Part shown: piece after piece, positions 28,652-38,677 of the stretch
How the letters are laid out: every line of letters begins with the position of its first letter
Position numbering within the stretch: position 1 is the first letter of the stretch
NCBI GenBank assembly: GCA_041946805.1
Contig: JBHGBC010000037.1
Span: 1 to 43,027, forward strand
Direction of reading: 5' to 3'
DNA from: a bacterium
GTDB taxonomy: Bacteria > Hinthialibacterota > Hinthialibacteria > Hinthialibacterales > Hinthialibacteraceae
DNA: 43,027 nt
Position numbers and translations under genes: made by a program
Notes under the pieces: model-generated
What the model was told of the DNA's origin: nothing
Database searches by the model: none
Seen by the model: only the letters and a program-made list of their open reading frames with translations

Positions 28652-29113
28652 TGTGGATTCGTGTCATGCAATCGATTTTCGCTTATCTTAGCAGGAAAAA
28701 CCAAAAACCAGCCCCCTGGGCGCATGTTTCCTGGCTTGCCGGGGAAGCAGGGACATGGGAGCATGTTTTATCGATAAGGAAAACTCCAGGCATTTGCAGT
28801 ATTTTCAGACTGTCCCCCACGTTTATTTCCTGGTTCCTACCCCCGGCGATCCTTGTTTTTTCCCCTTGAAACCCATACCGTGAATAGGCCATAGTAAAAT
28901 GAATCAGGCAATCCAAGCCCCACGGTTGAAGACGGGGAGGAACGATCGCGGCCAGGCATTCCCGCAGTTGGATTCTCCCGGCGGGGGAGAAGGGATTGAC
29001 AACCGGGGCCGGGATCGCGGACATCCGTTCGTTCCCGGCCGTTCTGGAAAGGGATTATTCACACACGATTCCCGGATGAAACAAAAAACACCAAAGCAAG
29101 GGAGGTTATCTCA

Positions 29114-30325
29114 ATGCAACCGAAAAACGATATGAACCGGCGTTCGTTCCTGGGTGGAACCGCCACCCTGGGAGCGGGACTCCTCGCGGCGCAGAATATC
29201 CTGCCCCGGTCCGTGGCCGGCGCCAATGAAAAAATCGTGATGGGCATCATTGGCGCGGGGGGGCGCGGGCAGGGGGTGATGGCCACCCTGATGTCCCAGG
29301 GCGCGCCTTTCATCGCCGTCTGTGATCCATACAAGCCCAATGAGCAGAGAGCCCTCGAACGGGCGGGCGAAAAGGCTAAGGCCTACTCGGATTACCGCGG
29401 CCTCCTGGAGAACAAGGACATCGACGCGGTCTTGATCGGAACGCCCGAACACCAACACGGCGTGCAGCTCATCGACGCGGTGCAGGCGGGCAAGGACGCC
29501 TATTGCGAAAAGCCGATGTCCCACAGCATCGAGGAAGGCGTCAAGATGGTGAAGGCGGTGCGCGAAACCGACCGCATCGTGCAAATCGGCATGCAGCGCC
29601 GCAGTTCGGAAGCGGTCCACGCCGCCAAGAAGATCGTCGACGAAGGCCGGCTGGGCAAAGTCCACCTGGTCCGCGCGCAATGGTTCTGGCAGCACCACAA
29701 CAAACCCCTGGACAACAGCCCGCTCGCGGGCGAACTGAACTGGAAGCAGTTCTGCTATCCCATGGAAGAAATACCCTTCGAACCGATGAAATACCGCTAC
29801 TGGCGGTATTTCTGGATCTTCTCGGGCGGCAACGTGACCGACCAGGGCACCCACCTGATGGACGTGATCCAGTGGTTCATGAACTCCGGCACGCCCAAGG
29901 AGGCGGAATGCTTCGGCAAAGTGTTTGAGACCACCGGCTCCGAAACGCCGGATGTCTTCTCCGCCGTGTATGATTATGGCGACTTCCTCGCCACCTGGAC
30001 CTTGGCTTACACCAACCGCTACCAGAACGGCTGGACCATCTTCTTCCAGGGCGATAAGGGTACCTTGATCCTCGACGAAGCCGGTTACCGGTTATTCGAG
30101 GAACCATGGGAGCCGGACAGCAAACCGGCGCTCGAATTCAAAGGCGGCATCCCCACCGAGCCGCACACCCAGAACTTCCTGGATTGCATCAAGTCGCGCA
30201 AGGAACCCAATGCCCCGGTGGAAGTCGGCCACACGGCGGTCTGCGGCCCCCATCTCTCCAACGCGGCCTGGCACAAACAACGCCGCGCGAAGTTGAACAA
30301 GGAAGCGACCGTCATCGCCTTCTGA
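29114..30325 (+). CDS. Gfo/Idh/MocA family oxidoreductase with Tat signal
   Basis: NRRSFL Tat motif, IIGAGGRG, CEKP, DQGTH; GGGAGG RBS. Confidence 0.92.
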   Translation: MQPKNDMNRRSFLGGTATLGAGLLAAQNILPRSVAGANEKIVMGIIGAGGRGQGVMATLMSQGAPFIAVCDPYKPNEQRALERAGEKAKAYSDYRGLLENKDIDAVLIGTPEHQHGVQLIDAVQAGKDAYCEKPMSHSIEEGVKMVKAVRETDRIVQIGMQRRSSEAVHAAKKIVDEGRLGKVHLVRAQWFWQHHNKPLDNSPLAGELNWKQFCYPMEEIPFEPMKYRYWRYFWIFSGGNVTDQGTHLMDVIQWFMNSGTPKEAECFGKVFETTGSETPDVFSAVYDYGDFLATWTLAYTNRYQNGWTIFFQGDKGTLILDEAGYRLFEEPWEPDSKPALEFKGGIPTEPHTQNFLDCIKSRKEPNAPVEVGHTAVCGPHLSNAAWHKQRRAKLNKEATVIAF

Positions 30326-30348
30326 TCGAATCCACCCACGTAACAGAA

Positions 30349-30383
30349 AACCGCCGGTGGGATTTGCGTTCCCGCCGGCGGTT
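30349..30383. terminator. Hairpin between convergent genes, probable terminator
   Basis: AACCGCCGGTGGGA-N7-TCCCGCCGGCGGTT with A-rich and T-rich flanks. Confidence 0.7.
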
Positions 30384-30410
30384 CGGTTTATCGGCCGCGT
30401 GCGTTTCCGT

Positions 30411-33400
30411 CTACCAGAACATCTCTCCCGGATAGGCTTTCCCCTCCTGCAGGATATACAGCTCGATCCGGTCCACCCAGACGTTCACCGTCCCGCCTGC
30501 CGCGCCGGCCACCTGGATGAACGGATTGATGAGCTCCCCGGAATCCGGGCGGTACACCACGGAGATATAGCCGTCCCGGTCCATGAACGCCTCACTGCTC
30601 ATGTTCATGGTCATCCCCAGGGTTCCATTGACGTTTTTTCCAGAGAAGATCTCGCCCCGCAACGCGCCCAACACAATCTGGGCGTTGCCCTGGTTGCTGC
30701 GCACCTTGGCGCGGATCAACGCCGGACGCCCGCCGGTATTGACCGCGTTTTGCGTCAACAGGAAGGTGACCTCGTTGGATTTCACCGCCACCGCCAGGCC
30801 CATGTTGTCCGCCGTGGACGCGAATTGATTGCTGGAAAACGTGAACCGGGTGAAATACGTGCCCGGCACCCGGCTGTCGAAGCCACCGGATATTTCCGCC
30901 CAACCGTTGGCCGCGAGATCCGATTGGTCGAACTCCCAGACCAGGTCCGGCTGCACCGGCCCCACCACGATGGGTGTGGGTGTCGCTTCACCGCCGGGAA
31001 TCGTGGGCGTCGGAACCGGGGGTTGGCCCGAGGTCGGCGTCACGGTAGGCGTCGGGGTTTCCCCGCCCGCGCCAGGGGTGGGCGTGGGGTGTGTCACCGG
31101 CGGGGTGGGCGTGGGCGTCACGGGAACGCCCGGCAGATCGAGCGTCAGCGTGGTCCCCTGACTTTCGTTACCAAACTTGTCGTAAACTGTCAGGCGGAAA
31201 GTGTACTGCGTCCCGTTGACGAATCCGTCCGAGCGGAACGACAGCACGTTCCCCAGGTCCATCGGGGCCTGGCTGTTGATGAAGAGCTTATACCCGCCGC
31301 CGTCGGGCACGTCCGGGCTGACCGAGGGCGTCCAGAAGAGGTGGACATACCCGTCGCGTGCCTCGCCGTAGAGTTTTTGCACATCCGCGGGCGCGGTCTT
31401 GTTGCTTTCCAAAAGCACGGCATTCAACGTGGTGGTTTGCCCCACCTGGATCTGGGCATCCTGGGTGACGGCGTAGTATTTCGCGCCCGAACTGAAGGTC
31501 ACGGGATACGTTCCCGGCGGCAGGCCCTCGAATTTATACCCCCCGGTGAAATCGGTTTTCACGGTCCGTCCCAGGATCGAGCAGTCGATTTCCGCCAGAG
31601 GGAAATTGGCGGCGGAAGTCACCTGGCCAGTCAAAGTCCCCCCCGTGGCCCCGGCGGGATCCCCGAAGTACAGCGAATACCCGCCATAATTCCCGACCGC
31701 GTAGCAGAGGATGTAATACGTCCCCGCTTCCAGCTCCTGGTCCCGGACCTGGGCCACGCTGTTGTTGTAGTTCTCCCATTGGTTGATCTGGGTGAGCTGA
31801 TCCGCGGAGAACAAGTAGGCCCGCGACCAGATGGTGTTTTCCGATTGCCAGGAGAGGCGGTAGACAGTCTTGGCGGGCACTTCCACCCGCCACCAATCCG
31901 CCCGGTCGTTGTAGTTCAAATCATAGAATCCCAAAACGCCCTGCCGGACCGAGCCGAGGGCCAGCGTCTCCGCCATGGTCTGGAAATTGTTTTGTTCCGT
32001 GTCCTTGATGGCTTTTTCCTTGAATGACGTATACACCTCATACGTCCCATAATTCTGGATCCACTCGACGCGGATGTAATACGTTCCCGCGCGCAGGTTG
32101 GGGCTGCCCACTTGCCGGCGGTCCCCGGTGTAGTACCCCTCGTTTCTCTGAATTTCACTCACTCCGTCGGATTGATACAGATAAAGGTAATACCATAACG
32201 TGGGATCCGCGTGCGCGGAGACGGTCAATTCTCCGTCGGCGGGCAATTCCACCTTGTAATAATCCGTGTGGTCTTCCCGGAAGGGCTTGTCGAATCCCAG
32301 GTGACCGATAGATCCGGCGCCCAGGGCCAAGGGAACGGCCAGGGGGATCGAGTCGTTGTATTCAGCGTCGCCGCTGCGGTTCGGCTTCTGAGTAACGGTG
32401 AACTGATAATTCCCATACCGCCCGATGGCCACGATTCGGACCAAGTATTTCCCGGCCAGGACATCCGGTTTCGCCAGGGTCCGGGGATCGGTGGTGTAAT
32501 AGCCTTCCACCCGGCCCAGTTCCCGGAGCCAGCTGCCTTCCTGGAAATCATAAAAATACATGTAATACCAAAGAGTGCTGTCGGCGGTGCAGGTCACCGA
32601 CAATTCGCCGTCGTCGGGCACTTCCAGGTAAAACCAATCGTTGGCGTCTCTCCAGCCGTTGCCGTTGAATCCGATATGGCCCACAACGTTTTGGCCGAGC
32701 GCGATCTTCTCCGGCAGCTGCGTCCAGCAATCGTTCACTTCGTTATCCACGTTGGGAGCCGGCGCGAACTCGGTGGCCAGCGTGGCGGCTCCCACTTGTT
32801 GGATCCTCCGGACCTCCACGATATAGACTCCCGCCCGCAGGTCTGGAATGGAGATAACCCGTTCCTCGGCGGTGAAATAATTCTCCGTCGCTTCAATCCG
32901 GCTGCTCCCATCAGCGTGGAACAGATAGGTCTGTTCCCACAGGCTGTCACTGCAAACCGTGTGAATGGTCAACGCGCCATCGGCGGGGAGTGTCGCCTTG
33001 TAAATGATGGATCCAACATCCTCGGTCAGGAGGATATTTTCGATTTTCCCATTCGGCGGCAGATCCGCGGCCGGCTGGGAAAACGGCGCGGGGGCCGAAT
33101 GCGTTTCTAAAACGGCAGCGAAGGTGTATCCGCCGAAGCCATCGGCGCGCCCCATCTCCACGTAGTACGTCCCCGCCGCCAGGCCGTTGTATTCGGCCCC
33201 ATCCCCCATGCCCCGCAGGGCGGAATCAAAGAGCGAAAAGCCGATCCGCAGATTGCTGCCTTCCGCGGCTGTGGTGTTCAGTTTCAATTTTCCATACGTG
33301 GGGAGTTCCAGCCTGAAGAAATCCCGTTCGTCACGGAATTCGCTGCCGTAATAACCTAACTGGCCTGGCATGGATCCCGCGTAATTGTCGCCGCTCGGCA

Positions 33401-34256
33401 CTAGGGGGACTGGAACAGCCTGAGAGGGGTTATTATCCGGTTCTGTATCGTTGGAAACCGGATTCGGCGTCAACAAATTGGTCAGCGAGTAAGACCCGTA
33501 TCCCTCGGTGGCCTCCACCAGGACGTAATAGGTTCCCGCCGCCAGGTTGGGATATACGCACTTTTCCGAACCGCCCTTGCCGTTGTCATTCTTAGAGACC
33601 AGCACCGACGCGCCGTTGGTGTCGATCAAATGGAGCGCCACCCGCAGGGTCCCATCCGGATAGACGGTCGTGTCCAGCGAACCGTTTTGGCTGGTCGTGA
33701 TCACATAAAAATCGAACCGGTCCGTGAACAGGCTGCCGTGGAATCCCACATGCCCGGTCACTTCCTTGTTCAAGGGGAGTGTCAGGGCCTGGGCCGGCTT
33801 GTCGTTCGGTTCGGTGTCCACCTGTTCGATGGGGGCGAAGTTGACGCTTAGGCCATAATCCCCCTGACCCTCGATCAACCGGACGGCTATATAATATTTC
33901 CCGGCCCGCAGGTTGCCGTAAATAACCCCCGTGGTTTTTCCCTTACCCTCGGCGTCCTTGGCAGCCAACTCGGATACCCCGTCGGTATCCAGCAGAGTCA
34001 CCCCCAACCGCAGATCCACAGCCGGCGTCACCCCGACTTGCAGGAGACCATCCGCGGTGGCCGTAACCGTATAAAAATCATATAAATCGGATGGAACCAG
34101 CGCGGTAAGCGATCCATTCTCCGCCCCATTCACCGGAACCGGATCGGCTGCCGCGATGGTGTTGTTCGGTTCACTCTCCGCCAAGCCGGCCGGCGCGGCC
34201 AAGACCAACAATCCCGTTACGCACAAAAATACCCCAATGCCTTTCCCCATTTTCAT
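30411..34256 (-). CDS. Large secreted multidomain protein: tandem PPC-like beta modules, carboxypeptidase-regulatory-like domain, Fn3-like domain, Pro/Thr linker, C-terminal module
   Basis: Signal peptide AGLA|E; repeated (D)xE[PVYQ]N[ND]..A..D.[YFW]..L.AG.YY units; YKFEGLPPGTY; YTFRLTVYDKFGNES; PTPTP linker. Confidence 0.82.
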   Translation of the reverse strand: MKMGKGIGVFLCVTGLLVLAAPAGLAESEPNNTIAAADPVPVNGAENGSLTALVPSDLYDFYTVTATADGLLQVGVTPAVDLRLGVTLLDTDGVSELAAKDAEGKGKTTGVIYGNLRAGKYYIAVRLIEGQGDYGLSVNFAPIEQVDTEPNDKPAQALTLPLNKEVTGHVGFHGSLFTDRFDFYVITTSQNGSLDTTVYPDGTLRVALHLIDTNGASVLVSKNDNGKGGSEKCVYPNLAAGTYYVLVEATEGYGSYSLTNLLTPNPVSNDTEPDNNPSQAVPVPLVPSGDNYAGSMPGQLGYYGSEFRDERDFFRLELPTYGKLKLNTTAAEGSNLRIGFSLFDSALRGMGDGAEYNGLAAGTYYVEMGRADGFGGYTFAAVLETHSAPAPFSQPAADLPPNGKIENILLTEDVGSIIYKATLPADGALTIHTVCSDSLWEQTYLFHADGSSRIEATENYFTAEERVISIPDLRAGVYIVEVRRIQQVGAATLATEFAPAPNVDNEVNDCWTQLPEKIALGQNVVGHIGFNGNGWRDANDWFYLEVPDDGELSVTCTADSTLWYYMYFYDFQEGSWLRELGRVEGYYTTDPRTLAKPDVLAGKYLVRIVAIGRYGNYQFTVTQKPNRSGDAEYNDSIPLAVPLALGAGSIGHLGFDKPFREDHTDYYKVELPADGELTVSAHADPTLWYYLYLYQSDGVSEIQRNEGYYTGDRRQVGSPNLRAGTYYIRVEWIQNYGTYEVYTSFKEKAIKDTEQNNFQTMAETLALGSVRQGVLGFYDLNYNDRADWWRVEVPAKTVYRLSWQSENTIWSRAYLFSADQLTQINQWENYNNSVAQVRDQELEAGTYYILCYAVGNYGGYSLYFGDPAGATGGTLTGQVTSAANFPLAEIDCSILGRTVKTDFTGGYKFEGLPPGTYPVTFSSGAKYYAVTQDAQIQVGQTTTLNAVLLESNKTAPADVQKLYGEARDGYVHLFWTPSVSPDVPDGGGYKLFINSQAPMDLGNVLSFRSDGFVNGTQYTFRLTVYDKFGNESQGTTLTLDLPGVPVTPTPTPPVTHPTPTPGAGGETPTPTVTPTSGQPPVPTPTIPGGEATPTPIVVGPVQPDLVWEFDQSDLAANGWAEISGGFDSRVPGTYFTRFTFSSNQFASTADNMGLAVAVKSNEVTFLLTQNAVNTGGRPALIRAKVRSNQGNAQIVLGALRGEIFSGKNVNGTLGMTMNMSSEAFMDRDGYISVVYRPDSGELINPFIQVAGAAGGTVNVWVDRIELYILQEGKAYPGEMFW

Positions 34257-34439
34257 TGTTGTTTTTCCTTTCTAGGAATTGGCTTTCATTATGAAGGTAA
34301 GGTTTTGGGTTTTATTTCGGTTACGAAAAAAACCCAGGCTTCCCCGCTAACGGGATTCACTTAAACGATCGGATTTTGGATATACTTTCGGCTGGTTTTT
34401 CCCCTCTTTCCAAAAGATCGACATACTTCGTTCCCCTTG

Positions 34440-34542
34440 TTATAACACGTCCAGTGAAATAATCAATATGATATGTATGATAATTTTCCGAAATGTTATC
34501 AAATTTATCATATTAATAAACATATTTATATACTTTATTATC
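34440..34542. promoter_or_regulatory. AT-rich patch between divergent genes, probable promoter/operator region
   Basis: ~100 bp strongly AT-rich in a GC-rich context, containing TGATAA/TTATCA inverted half-sites. Confidence 0.5.
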
Positions 34543-34760
34543 GGCTTGAATCGCAGCCCAAAATTCCTGGCGCGCTCCCCATCCCACCATCCCGGCTGCG
34601 TCCAGGGGAACACCCGGCGGAAATCGCGTTTCACTCCCGGGCGTATCAAACTCATTAACCCGGACACCGATCCCGGATATAATGGAAGGGAAGCGCCCAC
34701 CGTACAGGCTCAGGGTAAATAACTTAACGATTGGAACGATCCCTTCGTATATCCTTACCA

Positions 34761-36656
34761 ATGAGTTCACGACATCCCCGATTCATACTCGCGTCCTTAG
34801 TCACCGGATGGATTTTCGCGGCCGTGGCCTATCCGGCCGATGGGCCTTCCTCAACTCCCCTGACCTTGGTAGGCGTATATCCCACGGGGCAATCCAGCCC
34901 GGCCAGCGCCACTAGCACGCGGATGGTGTTCGAATACAAATCCGATCCCGTTTATCCGTATGAAGAAGGCCCGGTTCATCTCCAGACCGATGCGGTGCGG
35001 CTGAAAAATTGGACCTTGCGTTGGGGTTTGGAAACAGAAACCGGAGTCAAGGTATCCCTGCCGCAAGCGCAATTGGAACTGAATCCCCGGGAGCGCTATT
35101 ATCTCACCTGCCAACTCACCTACGCCGGTTCCCTGCGCCGCCAGGATGTCCATGCCGTCCTGATCGAGGATCCCGGCGCGGCGGACCGGGAGAACACCGG
35201 CCTCACCCCCCGGCAACAGGAATATTGCCGCCCGGAAGTGTTGATCGTCCCGGCGGCGGGGATCTCCATCACCCGGAACTACCCCTCCCCTTCCTTCTTC
35301 GCCCGCCTGTTCGGCGCGAAGAAACCTGTCCGGACCGTGGATCCCGCCGCCACGCCGCCCAACGTGGTTTTGTTCATGATCGACACCCTGCGGCCGGACC
35401 GGACGTCACCCTACGGGCATCCTTTCATCCTCACTCCGCACATGGACATGCTGGCCTCGCTTGGTGTGCGGTTCACGGAAGCGCATGGCGCGTCGCCTTC
35501 GACCCGCCCCAGCGTCGGATCGATGTTCACCGGCCTGCAGCCCAAGGCGCACGGCGCGGTCCGCCATGCCACGCAGGAAGCGGCCTTGTACCTGGGGGTT
35601 CCGCTCCTGCCGGAGACATTTCAGCGGAACGGCTACATCACCCGCGGGATCTCCAGCAATTCGCAAGTCACCGCCGCATTCGGATTCGGCCGGGGCTTCG
35701 ACGCATACGAGTGCCCGGTGTGGGAAACACAAGTCTCGCTCAAGGCGATCGACAGTCTGCAATCCCTCGACGAGCCTTTTTTTCTCTACCTGCATTACAT
35801 GGGCCCGCATCAACCGTACGCTCCTCCGGCGCCCTGGCTGGGGCTGTATCATGGCCAGACCGGATTCACCCGGGAGGAGACTCTCTCCGACACCGACAAG
35901 GCCGAACGTCAGCAAAAGGAAGAAGCCTATTTCGAGGAAATCACGGCGGAAGACCGCCGGATCGGCCAGGTCCTGCGGGAACTGGCCTGGCAGGGCGTTC
36001 TGGACCGCACGGTGATCTGGCTGGTGTCCGATCACGGCGAGGAATTTTGGGAACACGGCTGGAATGGGCACGGCGCGCACCTTTTTGAGGAAACCGCGAA
36101 GACGGTTTCCATCCTCTTCTATCCCGCCCGCCTGCCCCGTGGGGCGCAAATCCCGGTCCCCGTGACCCATGCCGATCTGTTTCCCACCCTCGCCGCCCTC
36201 CTGGATTGGCCGCCGTTGGAGGAATGCCAGGGCCGCAACCTGCTGCCCGCGATCGCTGGTGCGGCGGAACCGGAGTGGATCCAACGGCCGTTGTTCCTGC
36301 ACCACGGCGGCGGAACGGGCCCGGGGCCGCATGAATCGGACAAATCCGGTGTTTTGTGCCTGGATAAAAAATTGATCTGGTGGGACCAGAAAAACACCTG
36401 GGAGCTCTACAATCTGACCACCGATCCGGGGGAACAATCGAATATCATCGAGACGGATCCGGAAACCGCCGAGAGTCTGAAATCCTTGTTGGTTCAACAT
36501 TTGGTGGACTGCGCCCGCCTGGCGAAAAAATTCCAGGACCTCGACAGCGGTCCCGCCCTGGCGCCGGTCTCGCCCATCGACTTGGAAAACATGAAAAACT
36601 ACGGGTATATCGGAGGCGGGACCGCCAAGCGGGATGAAAGTGAAACGCCACCGTAA
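34761..36656 (+). CDS. Exported sulfatase-like hydrolase/transferase (alkaline phosphatase superfamily) with an extra N-terminal domain
   Basis: PNVVLFMIDTLRPD, SPSTRPSVGSMFTG, HYMGPHQPY, SDHGEEF, ELYNLTTDPGE. Confidence 0.88.
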   Translation: MSSRHPRFILASLVTGWIFAAVAYPADGPSSTPLTLVGVYPTGQSSPASATSTRMVFEYKSDPVYPYEEGPVHLQTDAVRLKNWTLRWGLETETGVKVSLPQAQLELNPRERYYLTCQLTYAGSLRRQDVHAVLIEDPGAADRENTGLTPRQQEYCRPEVLIVPAAGISITRNYPSPSFFARLFGAKKPVRTVDPAATPPNVVLFMIDTLRPDRTSPYGHPFILTPHMDMLASLGVRFTEAHGASPSTRPSVGSMFTGLQPKAHGAVRHATQEAALYLGVPLLPETFQRNGYITRGISSNSQVTAAFGFGRGFDAYECPVWETQVSLKAIDSLQSLDEPFFLYLHYMGPHQPYAPPAPWLGLYHGQTGFTREETLSDTDKAERQQKEEAYFEEITAEDRRIGQVLRELAWQGVLDRTVIWLVSDHGEEFWEHGWNGHGAHLFEETAKTVSILFYPARLPRGAQIPVPVTHADLFPTLAALLDWPPLEECQGRNLLPAIAGAAEPEWIQRPLFLHHGGGTGPGPHESDKSGVLCLDKKLIWWDQKNTWELYNLTTDPGEQSNIIETDPETAESLKSLLVQHLVDCARLAKKFQDLDSGPALAPVSPIDLENMKNYGYIGGGTAKRDESETPP

Positions 36657-36959
36657 GCTACGCCTATGCCCATTCCCGTTTCTCCCTTGCAGGATCCATT
36701 CCGGCTCATCCAGCCACCCCGAACCAAAAGACTACGCCATACCGCGATGGAAACACGCCTCCCGCCAGGTGAGATCTATGTTTTTCATTTGTAAAATTTA
36801 TTCCGGTGTTCGCATGGGAGGGGCATTTCTCTCCTGACACCGGTCAATCAAGGCTGAAAACACAGCAATCCCTGCGCCGGTCACTCACTTGACAGGGGGG
36901 GAGAATTACTTTTTCATATAGATAGATGTATATCTAAAATTTTGAAGGAGAAAAAACTA

Positions 36960-38345
36960 ATGCAAAAGACCAGTCAATCGATTGGATTGCTAATGGCGGG
37001 TTGCCTGCTGGCCGTCGTGGCTCTGCCCGCCGGTGCGCAGACGTACCCGGAGCAAGTGGCCACGGACAATCCCTTAACCTATTGGCGGTTCACCAATGAC
37101 CTCCAGGATGCCCAGGGTCAACTGAACCTCAATCCCGCCGCATCACCGGAATTCGTCGCCGGGCCCGGGCAAGGCAACCAGGCATATTCCTCGAGCGAAG
37201 GGCAAGCCTGGGCGGCTTCGTTTGGCGTGGAGATCCTGAGCGGGGCGCAGGATTTTTCGTACGAGTTTTGGATCAACCTGAAAGGGGACAATGAAGGGAA
37301 GTACATTTTGCAGCGGTACGCCGGGGGAACCGGCGGCGGCGAGAATTCCCTGACGTACCAAAACGGCCAGATCAACTTCGTCGGCCGCGCGGGCGAATTG
37401 GCGGAACCGGCGGTGGTGACACTGGCCAATCAGACCGATGCGTGGCATCACCTGGTGATGTCGTATCAGTACCAAGCGGCGACCCTCGTGTTTTACGTGG
37501 ACGGGCAGGAAGCCTCCCGGACCGAACAGGCGTACTTGGAGCCGATCCTCGGCGGACAGGATTTCGAAGTGTATATCGGAGCCACTCGCATCAATCCGGA
37601 AGGCCAAGTCTTCAACGGCTATCTGGATGAAGTGGCCATTTACGACAAGGCGCTGACGGCGGCCCAGGCCGCGGCGCATTACCAGGCGGCGTTTCCGGCG
37701 GATTACGCCGCGGCGGTGAAAGCGGACAGCCCGAAAATCTACTGGCGCTTCGAGGGCGATTTCAACGATGAAGTGGGCAACAACCACCTGCTGCCCAGCG
37801 GCGTGCAGTTTGTGGATGGTCCCGCCGGAGCTCCCAACAAGGCGCTCTTCGGCCGCGTGACCTCCGACGAGGCTCAGATCCTGTACAACCTGGACGATTT
37901 CACGTACGAGTTGTGGTTCAATCCGAAATTCAAGAGCTCCAACTCCTACATTTTCTTCCGGCGGACGGGCGGAACGCAAAGCGCGGTGATCTTCGCCTAT
38001 AAGACGGACACTTTGGAATTCTTTTCGCTGAGCGACGGCACGCGTCCGGCGGTGCCGATTCCCAATGAAACCGACCACTGGTATCACTGCGTGGTGGTCA
38101 ACGACACCGCAGCCACGGAATTCCGGATCTACATCGACGGCGTCTTGGCCTCAACCACCGCCGGTCTCGCGACCGCCAGCGATGGCAATGAGGTGGTGGT
38201 GGGCGGATCGGACCAGGGCGACAACTTCAACGGGTACATCGACGAAGTCGCGGTCTACGATCACGTTTTGACCGCGGAGCGGATCCAGGCGCATTTCGCC
38301 GCGCCGATGAATCCCGCCGGGGTGAGCGAATGGTCCTTGTTCTGA
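36960..38345 (+). CDS. Secreted protein with two LamG-like (concanavalin A) jellyroll repeats
   Basis: AAGGAG RBS, signal PAGA|Q, duplicated Y...V..D.P..YWRF / F.YE.W.N / WxH.V / FNGY.DEVA.YD..LT. Confidence 0.88.
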   Translation: MQKTSQSIGLLMAGCLLAVVALPAGAQTYPEQVATDNPLTYWRFTNDLQDAQGQLNLNPAASPEFVAGPGQGNQAYSSSEGQAWAASFGVEILSGAQDFSYEFWINLKGDNEGKYILQRYAGGTGGGENSLTYQNGQINFVGRAGELAEPAVVTLANQTDAWHHLVMSYQYQAATLVFYVDGQEASRTEQAYLEPILGGQDFEVYIGATRINPEGQVFNGYLDEVAIYDKALTAAQAAAHYQAAFPADYAAAVKADSPKIYWRFEGDFNDEVGNNHLLPSGVQFVDGPAGAPNKALFGRVTSDEAQILYNLDDFTYELWFNPKFKSSNSYIFFRRTGGTQSAVIFAYKTDTLEFFSLSDGTRPAVPIPNETDHWYHCVVVNDTAATEFRIYIDGVLASTTAGLATASDGNEVVVGGSDQGDNFNGYIDEVAVYDHVLTAERIQAHFAAPMNPAGVSEWSLF

Positions 38346-38376
38346 TCATATTCTGAATGAATTGCCAAGAAAATAT

Positions 38377-38414
38377 CCACTCAATCCGTCTCGGCGGGTT
38401 GAGTGGTTTTTTTT
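38377..38414 (+). terminator. Rho-independent terminator
   Basis: CCACTCAATCCG..CGGGTTGAGTGG stem followed by T8. Confidence 0.8.
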
Positions 38415-38479
38415 AGGGATTGAACCACGGAGGTCACGGAGGAGACACGGATCACACGGACGAGAGGTTCGTGTGAATT

Positions 38480-38520
38480 GTCTGAATCAGGACAGCCAGG
38501 ACGGACAAGATGACCAGGAT
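38480..38520 (+). repeat. 41-bp dispersed repeat, copy 1 (downstream of mutS)
   Basis: GTCTGAATCAGGACAGCCAGGACGGACAAGATGACCAGGAT; 33/41 identical to 41464-41504. Confidence 0.75.
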
Positions 38521-38677
38521 GTTGGTGGAACGCGAAGCTTGAATCATCGTACCTTTGTTTTGCTTCCACATTTTCAACCCACTCCTGCCCCCGATCGCCG
38601 GGGGAGGAATCAGTCGTTGGAGTGGATTTCGCGATGCTCAATCCATCCTGCATTTTCTGAATTGAATCCCTGCAACC

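Noticed and set aside
28652..28800. PyrR site or attenuator upstream of carA
   Set aside because: U-rich tracts are present, but there is no convincing stem or PyrR consensus.
34335..34405. c-di-GMP-I riboswitch upstream of the 1281-aa gene (GGAAAAACCAGCCGAAAG...TAGCGGGG on the minus strand)
   Set aside because: The sequence after GAAAG cannot pair to form P2 and the GACGCAAAG junction is absent; an Infernal search would settle it.
36889..36917. Sigma70 promoter for the LamG gene (TTGACA at 36889)
   Set aside because: The -35 is perfect but the -10 at 17 bp (TTTCAT) is weak; not enough to call.
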